DNA of 64,000 nucleotides from Antedon mediterranea (taxonomy: Eukaryota > Animalia > Echinodermata), in contig NC_092672.1 of assembly GCF_964355755.1 (NCBI RefSeq), forward strand, positions 29,022,437-29,086,436, read 5' to 3'. Below are positions 1 through 12,600 of the stretch, piece after piece. The position numbers and the translations under genes are program-made. The notes under the pieces were generated by a model. That model ran no database searches and was not told the DNA's origin. It saw only the letters and a list, made by a program, of their open reading frames with translations. How positions within the stretch are numbered: position 1 is the stretch's first letter; each line of letters begins with the position of its first letter.

Positions 1-133
1 GCGAGTTACTCGCTCTTAGATGCATAAAGAGTTAGTTACTGCAGTAGAATAATTTTTGCATTGTCCTTTATTGTTAAAATTGTTTTCTGTTGAAAATGTA
101 TGTCAATTATGGCTATTCTGTTATTATCTGCAG

Positions 134-3100
134 TCGGCTCAATCAAGCCAGCACCAACATGGCTCTTTTAGTTCTCAAAATCCATACGCATCGTACAAGG
201 CTAACAGTAGTTTTGGGGGCAGTTTTGCTACCAACTACACAATGTACAGACCATCAAGCCAATATGGAAACCAATACACCAACAAAAAAAGTAAGTTATT
301 TTACATTCTTTTATTTCTTGGTCCTTTTTTTATTAAAATAACATTTTGAAAGTATATATTTTTAGTTATTAATATGCATGATATGCAAATGTTTGATTTG
401 AATATTTTAGTTCTGTTGATGTTGATTGGTTAACAATTATTAACATAATATAATACTAAATTTGAAGTATGTATATACCAAATCATTATATCATTATCAT
501 TTTTGGCAAATTATAAAAAATATCTATCACTTTATCACATCATTTTTAATATAATATACAGCAGAATCCCTATTAAAGGGCCTTTCACACCTGCTCCGGC
601 ACAGTTCCGGTCCGGTGACGGCAAATCCAATCGAACGTCAATGTTTCGTTTTTACGCGCATATCGATTGGTGCTTGGCCGCGTGGAGCGTCATGAAAACG
701 AAACATTGGCGTTCGATTCGCCGGACCGGAACCGTGCCGGAACAGGTGTTAATACCCAATAAAGTGTTACGTGGAGGTGTCCCCTAAATAAAGGTTTGCC
801 ATAGTGTTAAAACATATGTTGCCGCCTGTTTTTACACATAAAGTGTCCCTTTAATAGAGGTTTTACTGTATAACTGTTTCAATATGCCATTATTATACCA
901 GTATCATTTTCAGCATCATATCAATATTGCTATATTGATATCATTTTTAATATATAGATATACAGTAGAACCAGTGTTTTACGTACCCAGATTTTACGTT
1001 CCCTGGATTTTACGTACGCTTGAAATAACAGATGACGTCATCATTTTCTTACAACAACAAAGCATAATAAAAATGGCTGTGTGAGGAATTCTGCTGTGTG
1101 AAACAAGCTACACGCGTGCATTTCCCCACAGCAGCGACTGTTTTTATTGATGGAAAATACAAGAACATTGATATTTTAATTTACACTTTATTTAAACATC
1201 GCACAGCCTGTATATACTGTACTTTTTTAGTTAGGCCTCACATCTTGTTAGGCCTGCTAGCCTGGCCAGGCCTAGCTAGTGACCACCTGCATGCTGTACA
1301 GTAAAGTAGGCAAACACGGGTAGCCTTTATACATTAGCTACGATCTTTACGTATTTGAGGTCAATTTAAGATCAACCTTGATTTTACGAATCCTGTGTTT
1401 TACGTACGCCTTTCGTACGTAAAATGAAGGTTCTACTGTATTAATATTCTTTTCAGCATCATATCATTGTCATTATCACTATCATCGTTATCACTTCCCA
1501 TAGTTTCTCATCACCATCATGTTTTATCATTAACTTCATATATACCAGCTTATCAGTTTCATTGTATGTAGTAGTCAATACCCTACTATCTGCATCTGCT
1601 CATTTTTACATGGGAAAAACTTGTTCCGTTTGCTAACCACAGGTGCACAGCCTGTACCCCAAGGTAATGTACAGGTGTTACCAGGCTCTAGCCAACCACA
1701 GGTGGTGAAATCACATCAACCATCTACAAGCAACTATTATTCAACAATGCTGAGTAATGCGTCGAGTGCCATCTCAAACTCCAAAGGTAAACACAGTAGA
1801 ACTCCTGTTAAGGGACAACTTCGGGGACCCAATAAAGGATTCACTTAATAATAGGTGGCAGGGGCCATATCCAAGTATTTATTTGACAATGGAGCACTAT
1901 TACTCACAAGTCAGAAATCACATTTTAGTTTTGGTCTCGGCAAAAGATTTTCTTAAATTATGCAGTGGCAATCCTGGATTTTGAAATGGGGGAAGGGGAG
2001 GGGGGACGCAGGGCCTAGAAATGGTGAAATGAAGGACTGAGCTTAATTTGATATACTATCAAACCGCCCCTGCATTATGAGTACCGAATGGTCTCCTATT
2101 TTTTCTAAAGGTCCAATTTTTATTGAATCTAAATCTGAAATTAAAACCTTTGGTGTCCCCAGAATATAGTATTAAAACATGTAATATCCCTCATTAAGTA
2201 ACTCGTTAATAAGGGTGTCCAATTGGAGGTGTTCTACTGCAGTTATCTGTAATCTATAATATCAATACATCATCAGGAATAGAATGAAACAATTCAACAA
2301 CGCTTACTATACTAGTTTGATTGAACGAATATTTTGGTGATTTGGTGATTATCAATTTTGAAAGTTCCCTTCTTTTTCCATGTCTACTACTAACATGTAT
2401 AAGAACATTCATTTATCAACATCTTATGGTTTCTGAAACGAATAATACTTTCCACCGAATGCATGAATATCCCTCCAAAAACATGAATAATATGAGACTT
2501 TAAATATGTCATTATTCTGTAAAAAAAAAAAATATTATTTCATTTATAAAAAGACAAAAGAAACGTTTAATTAAATGTATACAATTTCTTTTCATCTCTT
2601 TTATAGGTTCACATTCAACAAAAGTAATCCCACCCGCAGCTCATCAAAGCTCAAGTAAATCTAGCAGCGAAGGAGGCTTAGGTGGGTCATCTCAACCCAA
2701 GTAGTTCACTACTACTACTCCATCATTCATAAGGTGCTTGGCTTGTAAGCTTAATACTTTACCTAATATCTTTATTTTAAAATTCTCCGTGTCGCATAGC
2801 TATGGAAGTATTCGTACAGGTCCTTGAAAACATAGAAAATCATGGAATAATTTTAATTTTTTTATAGGAGAAAAAACGAATATATTTTTTAGGACATTCA
2901 CAATTATTATGCTTGACATCCTACATTTTCACATAATTGTTAAAAAATTATTGAAATGAACATTTTGGAAGAAGAAAATTTTCTTTTCAATTGGACACCA
3001 TTGTTCAAATATTAAAAGAATAAACATATAACTCATAAGAAGAAGGTTTTCTTTTTAATTGGAAACAATTTTTAAAAAGTTATTGAAATAATAAGAAGAA

Positions 3101-3975
3101 GAAAGTTTTCTTTTTATTTGGACATCATTTTTACACTTATTTTCCTTTAATGTGATATTCTACCCTGTCATAAAATAAGGCAAGGAATTGCGGCATCAAA
3201 ATCAGAAAAAGACTAATTTTTTACCAATATGCGAGATGGAGAATTGTTTTTTTTATAATTTATAAATTTTTTTAGATATATGTTTTAATTTTATTTTCAG
3301 TTTCTTTTATTAACGTTTAGTTTTTATCTTCAGTTTTAAGAAAAGATCATTATTTTATCAACAATTTGTTTAATTTGTTTTGTATACACTCTACTAAACA
3401 TAATTATCATAATTATAGTAATATATTTATTTTAATTGTTTGATTTTTTTTATAATTATGCATTCAATTATGAAATTGTTTTGATCATTTTACTTTACTA
3501 GGAGGTACAAATTAATCTAAAATAATAATATTGAATTGTAGGATTTATACTACTATTGCCTGCAACTAAATAAAATAAATATATTGTTTGATTGCACAAA
3601 TAATAATTAACATGCTGTGTGAATGCATGCTATGGAATTTGACATGCATGTTGCATTGTAGGTACATTTCATTAATAATATAAACTTTGACCTCATGTCT
3701 TGACATAATTTAATAATGTATTAAAAGAATATAGATTGTAAATTATCCAGACAGTATAGTATATGAAAATGTGCATTTAACTTAAATTTTAAATGCGTTT
3801 GTTGATTAAACTTCTGATTCAAATATAAGCCCACTGTGGGCTTCTGTATGGCATACTTTAATATGTTCAAAATTATTAAAAATTGTACATATCTAATAAT
3901 ATTTTCTTTCATTTTGTAGGTCAAAATCGAGACAGAAACAGGCCTCGTACAGATGAAGTTATTCTTATTGAATAA
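134..3975 (+). CDS. 3' part of an unidentified spliced gene; Ser/Gln/Pro-rich low-complexity C-terminus ending ...RPRTDEVILIE*
   Basis: Four AG/GT-bounded exons whose three junctions are all phase 1: 134-290, 1643-1786 (CTAAC branch site at 1633), 2607-2681 and 3920-3975 (TAA). They join into one open frame. The 5' part lies outside the window. Confidence 0.7.
559..868. mobile_element. Tc1/mariner (pogo/Tigger-like) MITE carrying a nested palindromic MITE
   Basis: TA-flanked. Left end CAGCAGAATCCCTATTAAAGGG; right end reverse complement CAGTAAAACCTCTATTAAAGGG. Related to the element at 1794-2239. Confidence 0.65.
578..757. mobile_element. Foldback MITE (PIF/Harbinger-like), nested
   Basis: Long imperfect inverted repeat: CACCTGCTCCGGCACAGTTCCGGTCCGG...CCGGACCGGAACCGTGCCGGAACAGGTG, plus internal ATCGAACGTCAATGTTTCGTTTT / AAAACGAAACATTGGCGTTCGAT. 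The superfamily is inferred. Confidence 0.65.
963..1438. mobile_element. Tc1/mariner (pogo/Tigger-like) MITE
   Basis: TA|CAGTAGAACC...GGTTCTACTG|TA terminal inverted repeats with TA TSD. Repeated TTTTACGTAC subterminal motifs. Confidence 0.8.
1794..2239. mobile_element. Tc1/mariner-like MITE, 7 nt downstream of a splice donor
   Basis: CAGTAGAAC...GTTCTACTG termini. Same family as 559-868 (shared ACCCAATAAAG and GTGTCCC motifs). Confidence 0.65.
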
Positions 3976-4157
3976 AAAAAAAATGTAGGATATTGCAGAG
4001 GTATTCCAGTTGCATACTAGTTTAATGCAGTAGCAGAAAAACTTAATGAACTATTATTTAAAAGTTAGATTGACCTGTTGATGAACCTTGAACTTGTACA
4101 TGGTGCTATGTTAGTACTGTACCACCTTTTGTGCTGACACTGACAGTGCATATTATA

Positions 4158-4446
4158 AACGCCTAAGGTGGATACTGGCCACCCAGGATGGATACTGAAA
4201 ACTTAGAGTTGATACTAAGCACCCAGGGTGGCTGATAAATACACAGGTTGGCTAATAAACACCCAGGTTTGGTACTAAACACCTACTGTTAATGCTAAAC
4301 ACTTACCATGGATACTAAACACCCAGGTTTGGTACTAAACACCCACTGTTAATGCTAAACACTTAGCATGGATACTAAACACCCAGGTTTGGTACTAAAT
4401 ACCTACTGTTAATACTAAACACTTAGCATGGATACTAAACACCCAA
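4158..4446. repeat. Minisatellite: 20-bp subunits organised into a 60-bp higher-order repeat, in the putative 3' UTR
   Basis: ACCCAGGTTTGGTACTAAAC-ACCTACTGTTAATGCTAAAC-ACTTA(C/G)CATGGATACTAAAC repeated at 4261, 4321 and 4381. Degenerate 20-mers lie upstream. Confidence 0.9.
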
Positions 4447-4918
4447 GATCAACACTCAATTTGTAGCAGAGGCAATGTAAATAATAAGCTATTAAATATT
4501 GCCATGTTAACGCAGAGACCCATCCCTTCAGATGCTTGTTGTATGAAATGGCTTTTATTTGAAAAATATACTGTAGTTTATTACATATAACATTCACAAG
4601 AAATAATTTTCTTCACTCTCAGAAATATAAGCTTGTATATAACGTCAGCATGCTTTTAAGGTTGTGTTGTCAAAATATTTTGCCCATAGGCCAATGAAAG
4701 ATATTGTTTAGCCATGTCTCCGGCTTTTACCAGGCTATAAGGCTAACCAGCCATGCCTTGGCTACCATTGGATATTGGCTAGCCAAGTCTCTGGATTTTG
4801 CCAGGTTATAAGGCTGTCATACCTTGTTCTTGGTGTGTTTTGCATATATGTAGTAAATTTAAGCAAGGCTATCAACAGTCTTGGATAATATAAACTTAAT
4901 AATTATATACTACAATAC

Positions 4919-4924
4919 AATAAA
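4919..4924 (+). terminator. Candidate polyadenylation signal of the first gene
   Basis: AATAAA about 950 nt after the stop codon, followed by T-rich sequence. Other candidates exist in this AT-rich DNA. Confidence 0.3.
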
Positions 4925-5292
4925 GTTTTAAGGACATAAATTATTTTTTGAGCATTAAAATTAATATAATAATGAGCGGATGATTTCATGATTTGATAGT
5001 TAATTCTTAAATGTTGCTTTTTTAATCTGTTACTAATTTGTTATGAATTGTAATTTAGTAAATGCATGTTTGTAAACTTTTTTTGTATTGTTATATTCAA
5101 ATAATTTTTTTCCATTTGCAGCAAATATGTAATTGGGAAAATCTGGTTGTATTTATTTAATGCTTAAAATGATAAAAAAGTTAAAGTAAAATAAGAGTAA
5201 TAACATTGTTGTTTGTTTTTTTTTATTTACTTAAATATACACAAATTGTTTTAAAAATATCTTAACTCTGGATATGTATAATATTACTGTGT

Positions 5293-8200
5293 TAGGTGGC
5301 CGTATGGCCAAATATGCTATTGCTATATACGTGCATATATTATTATAGCCCGCCAAAATAACAGGTCATTATAACCCCCTTTTAAAAAAAAATTTTGACC
5401 CTTTTATTTTTTCACGAAACTAGTTACTATGGCCCTATGAGATGATAACACAATATATGGCAATATTTTCGCATAATTATTGAATTTTAAAAAGTGAAAA
5501 TGTTGGCAATTTTTCGAAAAAAATCCCTGTACTTTAGTACAGGAAAATTTTGTAAAAATGGCAAAATTTTGACCCTTGTATTTTTAAACAAAACTAGTTG
5601 CTATGGCTCTATAAGATGATGATAACACAATATATGCGCATATATGGCAAAATTATCGCATAATTATTGAATTTTAAAAATGGTATGTTTTGGCCAAATT
5701 TTCCAAAAAATGGCCGATTTTCGACCCTTTTATTTTTTGACATAAATGGTTACTATTGCATAAAAAACATGCGCAGAGTCGAATAATGGGTTCTGCGGAT
5801 GTCAATTGTGCTATAGTAACCACTTTTGACATAAATGGTTACTATAGTATAATAAACATGTGCAAAGGCGAATAATGGGTTCTGCGCATGTCAATTGTCC
5901 TATAGTAACCAGTTTTATTGAAAAATAAAAAGGTCGAAAATTAGCCATTTTTTGAAAAAAATTCCTGTACTATAAGTACTAGTCTGGGTTCCAGACGGAG
6001 TTTTGTCTTAATATTAGTTAAAAGATAAATATTTTGGCACAGATGGCGTTTTATACGTATACTACTTGATTTTGGATACTCCGTCTGGGGAAACACGCAC
6101 AAGTCACGTGGTTTGACACCAAGAATTCTTGGTGCATACGATTATCCGGTTGACTAGTTTCAGCTGCATGCGATTGGCTACTCACTCGTACACCGTGTAA
6201 ATATTCATATTTCAGAATTTTAAAGACTCAACAACTAAGATGATGCGCATGCGCTATGTTAGGTTTAGACAATGTGTACTTGGGTACATTTATGAAAGTT
6301 CTGAAGGCTAGAAATTATTTTATATGCCTAGTACTAGTAGTCTGGTAAACATTTGATGGGAATGGGATCTTTGAAACATGAAAACTCGTCTTGATATATG
6401 ATAGGCTAGCTTCTCCGCAAATCAAACATTGAATGGATCATTTATTACGCGGAGATAATTTTGATTTAATTCCCACCGAGACCCTGTCCTGTTCTGTGTG
6501 GTGGTGTAGCCCTGTTGTGTGCCGGTGGTATGTAGGCCTACTTCATTGGCGTTTTATTTGGCAGGTCATACGTGCGAGTTGAGTAGGACCTACGAAAGAG
6601 GCCTAGGCCAAGGACTAAACAATTAATAAACAAAACAACTTGGCATTAGTATTTTATATTTCAACAGTCTCGATCGTACATTAAGCACTGGTAGGCCTAC
6701 GTACTCGATCTTTTTCATTTTGAAACAAAATGATCATTGGTTGATTCGAAATCCATATTTACATACCGCCCGCCCCATATAGCCAAATACGGTATGATAA
6801 CCTACGGCATTCTTATCGTATGTTTGCGGTCTGCAAATCGATTTCTATACGTGTTTCACAAGTCTGTATTTTCAGACAAAAATCGCGGTCGAAATAAAAA
6901 CAAATAAATAAAAAAAAAAGATAATACAGACTTGGGGCAAGTCTATATAAGTACAGGAAAATTTTCGAAAAAATGGCCGATTTTCGACCCTTTTATTTTT
7001 TGACATAAATGGTTACTATTGCATAAAAAACATGCGCAGAGTCGAATAATGGGTTCTGCGGATGTCAATTGTGCTATAGTAACCACTTTTGACATAAATG
7101 GTTACTATAGTATAATAAACATGCGCAGAGGCGAATAATGGGTTCTGCGCATGTCAATTGTGCTATAGCAACCAGTTTTGTCGAAAAATAAAAATGTCGA
7201 AAATTATCCATTTTTTGAAAAATCCCTGTATTATAGTACAGAGAAATTTTCGAAAAAAATGACCGATTTTCGACCCTTTTATTTTTTGACATAAATGGTT
7301 ACTATAGCATAAAAAACATGCGCAAAGAAGAATAATGGGTTCTGCGCATGTCAATTGGGCTATAGTAACCAATTTTGACATAAATGGTTAAATAGTATAA
7401 TAAACATGCGGAGAGGTTCTGAGCATGTCAATTGTGCTATAGTAACCAGTTTTATCGAAAAATAAAAAGGTCGAAAATTAGAAATTTTTTTTAAAAATCC
7501 CTGTACTATAGTACAGGGAAATTTTCGAAAAAATGACCGATTTTCGACCCTTTTATTTTTTGACATAAATGGTTACTATAGCATAAAAAACATGCGCAGA
7601 GGCGAATAATGTGTTCTGAGCATGTCAATTGTGCTATAGTAACCACTTTTGACATAAATGGTTACTATAGTATAATAAACATGCGCAGAGGTGAATAATA
7701 GGTTCTGAGCATGTCAATTGTGCTATAGTAACCAGTTTTATTGAAAAATAAAAAGGTCGAAAATTTGCCATTTTTTTTTAAATCTCTGTACAGGGAAAAT
7801 TTCGAAAAAATGGCCGATTTTCGACCCTTTTATTTTTTTGACATAAATGTTTACTATTGCATAAAAACATGCGCAGAGTCGAATAATGCGTTCTGCGCAT
7901 GTCAATTGTGCTATAGTAACCACTTTTGACATAAATGGTTACTATTGCATAATAAACATGTGCTATAAGTAACCAGTTTTATCGAAAAATAAAAAGGTCG
8001 AAAATTAGCCATTTTTTGGAAAAAAATTCCTGTACTATAAGTACAGGGAAATTTTCGAAAAATTTTTACTTTAGTTTTAAGTATTAATTTAAGAGGGAGA
8101 ATATTCAATAATAATATCATTACGGTGTTCACATAGTCTCTCCGGGGTATTTAATTCTAAATATTCCAGAAATAAAATGAATACTCTAATAATAACTAAA

Positions 8201-8835
8201 CAAGTTTAAGTGAGTATTTAATAAAATAATTATTGACAATTATTCGTAGGGCAGTACCAAATTATTTTATGTTTAAAACAACAAAATTACACAGCTTGCT
8301 GTGCAATTAACACCATTGTTGTGCACTTGAATGGGCTTCCTATGACATAATAGGTGTTAATATGTCAATTGAGTGAGTCTTTCATGGCATTTGTAGTTGA
8401 GTTAGTCTTTGGTGACAATAGTGCCACACACTTGTAATTGAGTGGTATTTTGATTTTTAAATTTCATATTTCTAGTTAAAATTTTTTATTTTTTGACAAA
8501 ACTAGCTACCATGGCCATATAAGATGATGATAACACAATATACATGGCAATATTATCGCATAATTACTGATTTTTAAAAAGTTGATATTTTGGTGATTTT
8601 TCAAAAATTTCAAAAATTTCTAAGTTTTTATTTTTTGACAAAACTAGCTACTATGGCCATATAAGAGGATGATAAGACAATATATGGGCATATATGGCAA
8701 TATTATCGCATAATTATTGAATTTTAAAAAGTTGATATTTTAGCCATTTTTCGAAAAAAATCCCTGTAATAGTACAGGAAAATTTACGAAAAATGGCCAA
8801 ATTTTCGAGAAAAATAATCCCTGTACATAGTACAA
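5293..8835. repeat. Complex tandem array (~275-290-bp units, each with two ~75-nt hairpins); possibly a non-autonomous Helentron/HINE-like element
   Basis: The landmark AAATG(G/A)CCGATTTTCGACCCTTTTATT recurs near 5707, 6971, 7257, 7531 and 7808. Related but divergent units occur at 5380-5700 and 8450-8830. The Helentron assignment is inference only. Confidence 0.85.
5980..6945. mobile_element. Non-autonomous DNA transposon, TAG...CTA termini, 9-bp TSD (Academ/AcademH-like), copy 1
   Basis: TSD TATAAGTAC at 5971-5979 and 6946-6954. Ends TAGTCTGGGTTCCAGAC and AGACTTGGGGCAAGTCTA are each a small hairpin. Near-identical copy at 43309-44263. Confidence 0.85.
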
Positions 8836-9674
8836 GGAATTGTTTTCGTTGGAAACCATTTATCATTCGTCACAAATGGTGATATTTTAGCAATTTCAGT
8901 CAGTAAATTCTGTAGTGCTTCTGAAATGTTTTTTAAATTTGGTATTTCTAGTTTTGGTGAATTTATGCGCAAGTCCATTAGTATTTTGTTACATATTAAT
9001 CTATCTAATAATATGAATGTGAAAACTGTGTGTGATAAACTGCTTGTTAATTCCATTTGATACCACTCCATGTTATTTATATATGCATTGAATTTGCGAA
9101 ATACAAAAGTTTATATAACAAATTTTGGCACACATGATATGTTGTAGGCCTACCAATAGTTGTAGCAATAATGCTGATAGGACTACTAAAAGCATAAAAA
9201 GAAACAGTCAAAATTAATGTATTTGATTTATTAAAATTATACTATTGTTTCCATTTAAGAATCTATGTTCCAAAGATAAATATTCACAGTAAGGAAAGAA
9301 AGGAGGGCAGAGTTTAAAGGTTAAAGGTTAGTGTAAAATCATCTATTAAATATCCATGATTTAAATTTAATTAACAAACGAAACTCTTAAAATTATACTT
9401 TTTTTCTATTCAAAGAACATATGTTCCAAAGATAAAATATTCCCTGTTTATTGATAGGCGGAGCAGAGTTTAAAGGTTATAAGGTTTAGTGTAAAATCAT
9501 CTAACCAATATTCATGATTTAAATTCAATTACAAAACGAAACTCTTAAATATTTTTTTTCTATTCAAGAATGTTCTAATGATAAAATATTATTTATTTAT
9601 TACACTGTTTATTGATAGGGTGGGGGAAGGGGTGTCAGAGTTCAAAGGTTAAAGGTTACTGTAAACAGTTTATA

Positions 9675-12600
9675 TTATTTTGTATCCAAGTACCCATAGG
9701 TTTTTCGTAGCTTAGTTTTCTTATTTCTGTTGCCATGTTTTTTCCACGGTTTTTGCATTAATCTTTCTTCAGCTGTCATGTTTGCGTTACTTGCATGCGT
9801 TGTGTAGTTAGACACTCTGGTGAAGTCTTTGACGCCATGTATTCCCTTGGAATGCCCGGCTAGTGATTGTTGTTGGAAGAATGCCTTATCAACAGTGTTC
9901 TCTGGTTGATGTTTATGCTGTAAATAAAAAAGTCTGACCAATTAACTTAGTGCTAAGTTATTAACGTTTGGGTCATTGAAATTTTGAATTGAAATTTATA
10001 TTTATACTGGGTAATCTCTTCAGTCAAAGACTGGTCTCCCAGAGGGCCCAGTTGGTGATCAGTGGCTGTGATGTACTAATACACCAGGGTAACCCCCTAC
10101 TCGTCTCGAAAGATGTACTAGGTTCTTTAAAGTGCCCACGAGCTAGATGTGTACACTGGACCTACGGTTTATAGTCCTTATCCGAGAAGACTCGTTCTAC
10201 CACCAGAACCATAGAGTGAGTGAGCCTCGAACCCCTGCCGATGTTATGGCTACGTAATTACGGTTCCACTGTCTTAACCGCTCGGCCACTCACTCACTCA
10301 AGTGGGTGCAGTACCCACTGGGCTGGAATTTAACGATAGACATACTGATAGAGGCACCAACACCAGGCTCATGACCTGGATGTCATGGGTTCAAAGCACC
10401 TGGTGTATTGAGAACATATTACTGACCAATTGAGTTAAGTATTAAAACTACTATTGAGATAAAATAATTAAGTTTTGGGTTAATTTTAGGGTCACAGATA
10501 ACTAAGAGCCTAAGAGGTCAAGGGTTAACATTCATAATTTCAGTATTTCAAGGTGCACTTGTTATTAACTTATAGTCTGTAAAAAATATAATGTTTGTAA
10601 TCAATCAAAGTTTTGCCTGCTGACAGACTTCTGACTGACTGAGTTCAAATGTGCCAAGCTAGGTCAGGTCAATTGATGTGTCATCATCATCATCTGCACT
10701 TAGAAATCATCAGAACTGTGTCGAGGTACGGAGCAAGGAAACACGTCCCAATACAGTATTTCCGAATGCGTGCAATAAATGAACATGAAGTAGTTTGGTT
10801 TTCTGTAGTCTCAAATCGAAACCTCCATAATGTGAAAGGGGTACAAGCTAGGTATGTAGCCTATTAAAGGGGTTAGGTAGAGTTAGGTCCCTACCTTGAT
10901 ACCATCTTCAGAGACGACAATGACTTGTTTGTTCTTTGAAGACTTCTCTTCAGTTACCACTGGTTCTTGTGATGATTGGAAGTCTTCTGGCAGGATCCCA
11001 GGGGGTGGATGGCAGTACAAGAGACGCCCCTACATAAAATATAATAAAATTATTTAAATAAATAAATAACATAAATTTTCTTAAAATGTATTGATATTAT
11101 TATGAAGACAAACATTACAATACTGTGGGTATCAGTGGCTGGATCTCAATGGAGATACAAATGAAGTAAGCACTGAACAAATGAAAATGCTGTGGGTATC
11201 AGTGGCTGGATCTCAATGGAGATACAAATGAAGTAAGCACTGAACAAATGAAAATGCTGTGGGTATCAGTGGCTGGATCTCAATGGAGATACAAATAAAA
11301 TAATAAGCAAAATATCAAAATAAAGTAAAACAGCAAGAAAAAATTGCAGAGCTTTTGAGCAACACTTCCTCAGTGCATTAATGTATTATTTAACAGCTAA
11401 CCCTATTCAGGGGAATCCCCTATTAGGAGACACTTTCCACTTTATTGGGTCTCAAAAATGTTGCCTTATACTTACATTTACAAAGTCTTTCAAAATCAGC
11501 CTAGATGCTCTATGTGCATCCGGCATTCCTTTTGTGTTCATGTAACCACGGATATCTAAAATCAATCAAATGTCACAATAAATTCCAAATTGATTTTAAT
11601 CTAGTCAAAAAAGTGACATGGGTATTAACAATAACATAATATTTTTAAGTTTGTTTAGATGGATTTAAGCAAGTTGATACTCTTCGCCAAGCAAGACTAT
11701 TGACACATGTAGTGCGCACCGCCGACAACAACTATTCTACGTAACCGCATACCTTCTGGGGCTAGCATTGAATGATGATTCAAGAAAAATAATTGAATAA
11801 AATTTTAGTAGTAGTAGTAGTAGATTGACTGCTCTGTTTTAACTTGCAAATTTGTACTGTGTGCGTTAATTGTTGTTAATGCAATCACAAACTTTGACAA
11901 AAATATACTTTAGATGTCATAAACAAATAATGATTTGTATAAATTGTTATATTTGTGCAAGATTAAACAAATATTTTCATTCAGTGAAAGATAACATGTT
12001 CTATTTTCACCTCATGAAAATATTTGTACCATTGCACTATTGCAATATTTATTTGTATTCTTTTCTTATAAACTTTCAGTTTATAAAGACTGATATTTTT
12101 CATAATTCATTTGGAATTGAAACATTCAATTTTTTGGACAGGAATAAGGGAATTTTTTAATAAAGGATAGGATTGATTTAGTGTAAACTATTGGCCTTTA
12201 GGATATTGTTTATTGCTTCCTCTATTCAGTTTCGTTTGTTTGGTTGGTATTGAGAAACTCCACTGTACATCCTAAACAAACCTAAACTTTCTTATTCAAT
12301 TAAAACACAAGAAATGTAAACAACAGTACACAGTCTCTGGCTGTCATAGTCAAATGTCCACTTTTCTGTTCGTTCGGTCAGCAACAAGGAATCTACCTAT
12401 GTCAATATTACGGTAATTCACAATATTTCTTTTATACATCAGAGGTTAAAAATACCGCATCTCAACCGGACCATGTAGGAGTTTATTGTGACGGGATAAC
12501 AGACATCATTGAAGGAGAAGAAGTAGACATTTCATGCGAAATAATCCAGAAATATGACAACCAGGACCTTAAATACGAATTCACAATTGGATGGATTCAA

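Noticed and set aside
5700-8060. CRISPR-like appearance of regularly spaced palindromic repeats
   Set aside because: The intervening sequences are themselves repeated rather than unique spacers, there are no cas genes, and the context is eukaryotic.
7074-8132. Several similar 60-73 aa ORFs
   Set aside because: By-products of the tandem hairpin array; frames are broken between copies.
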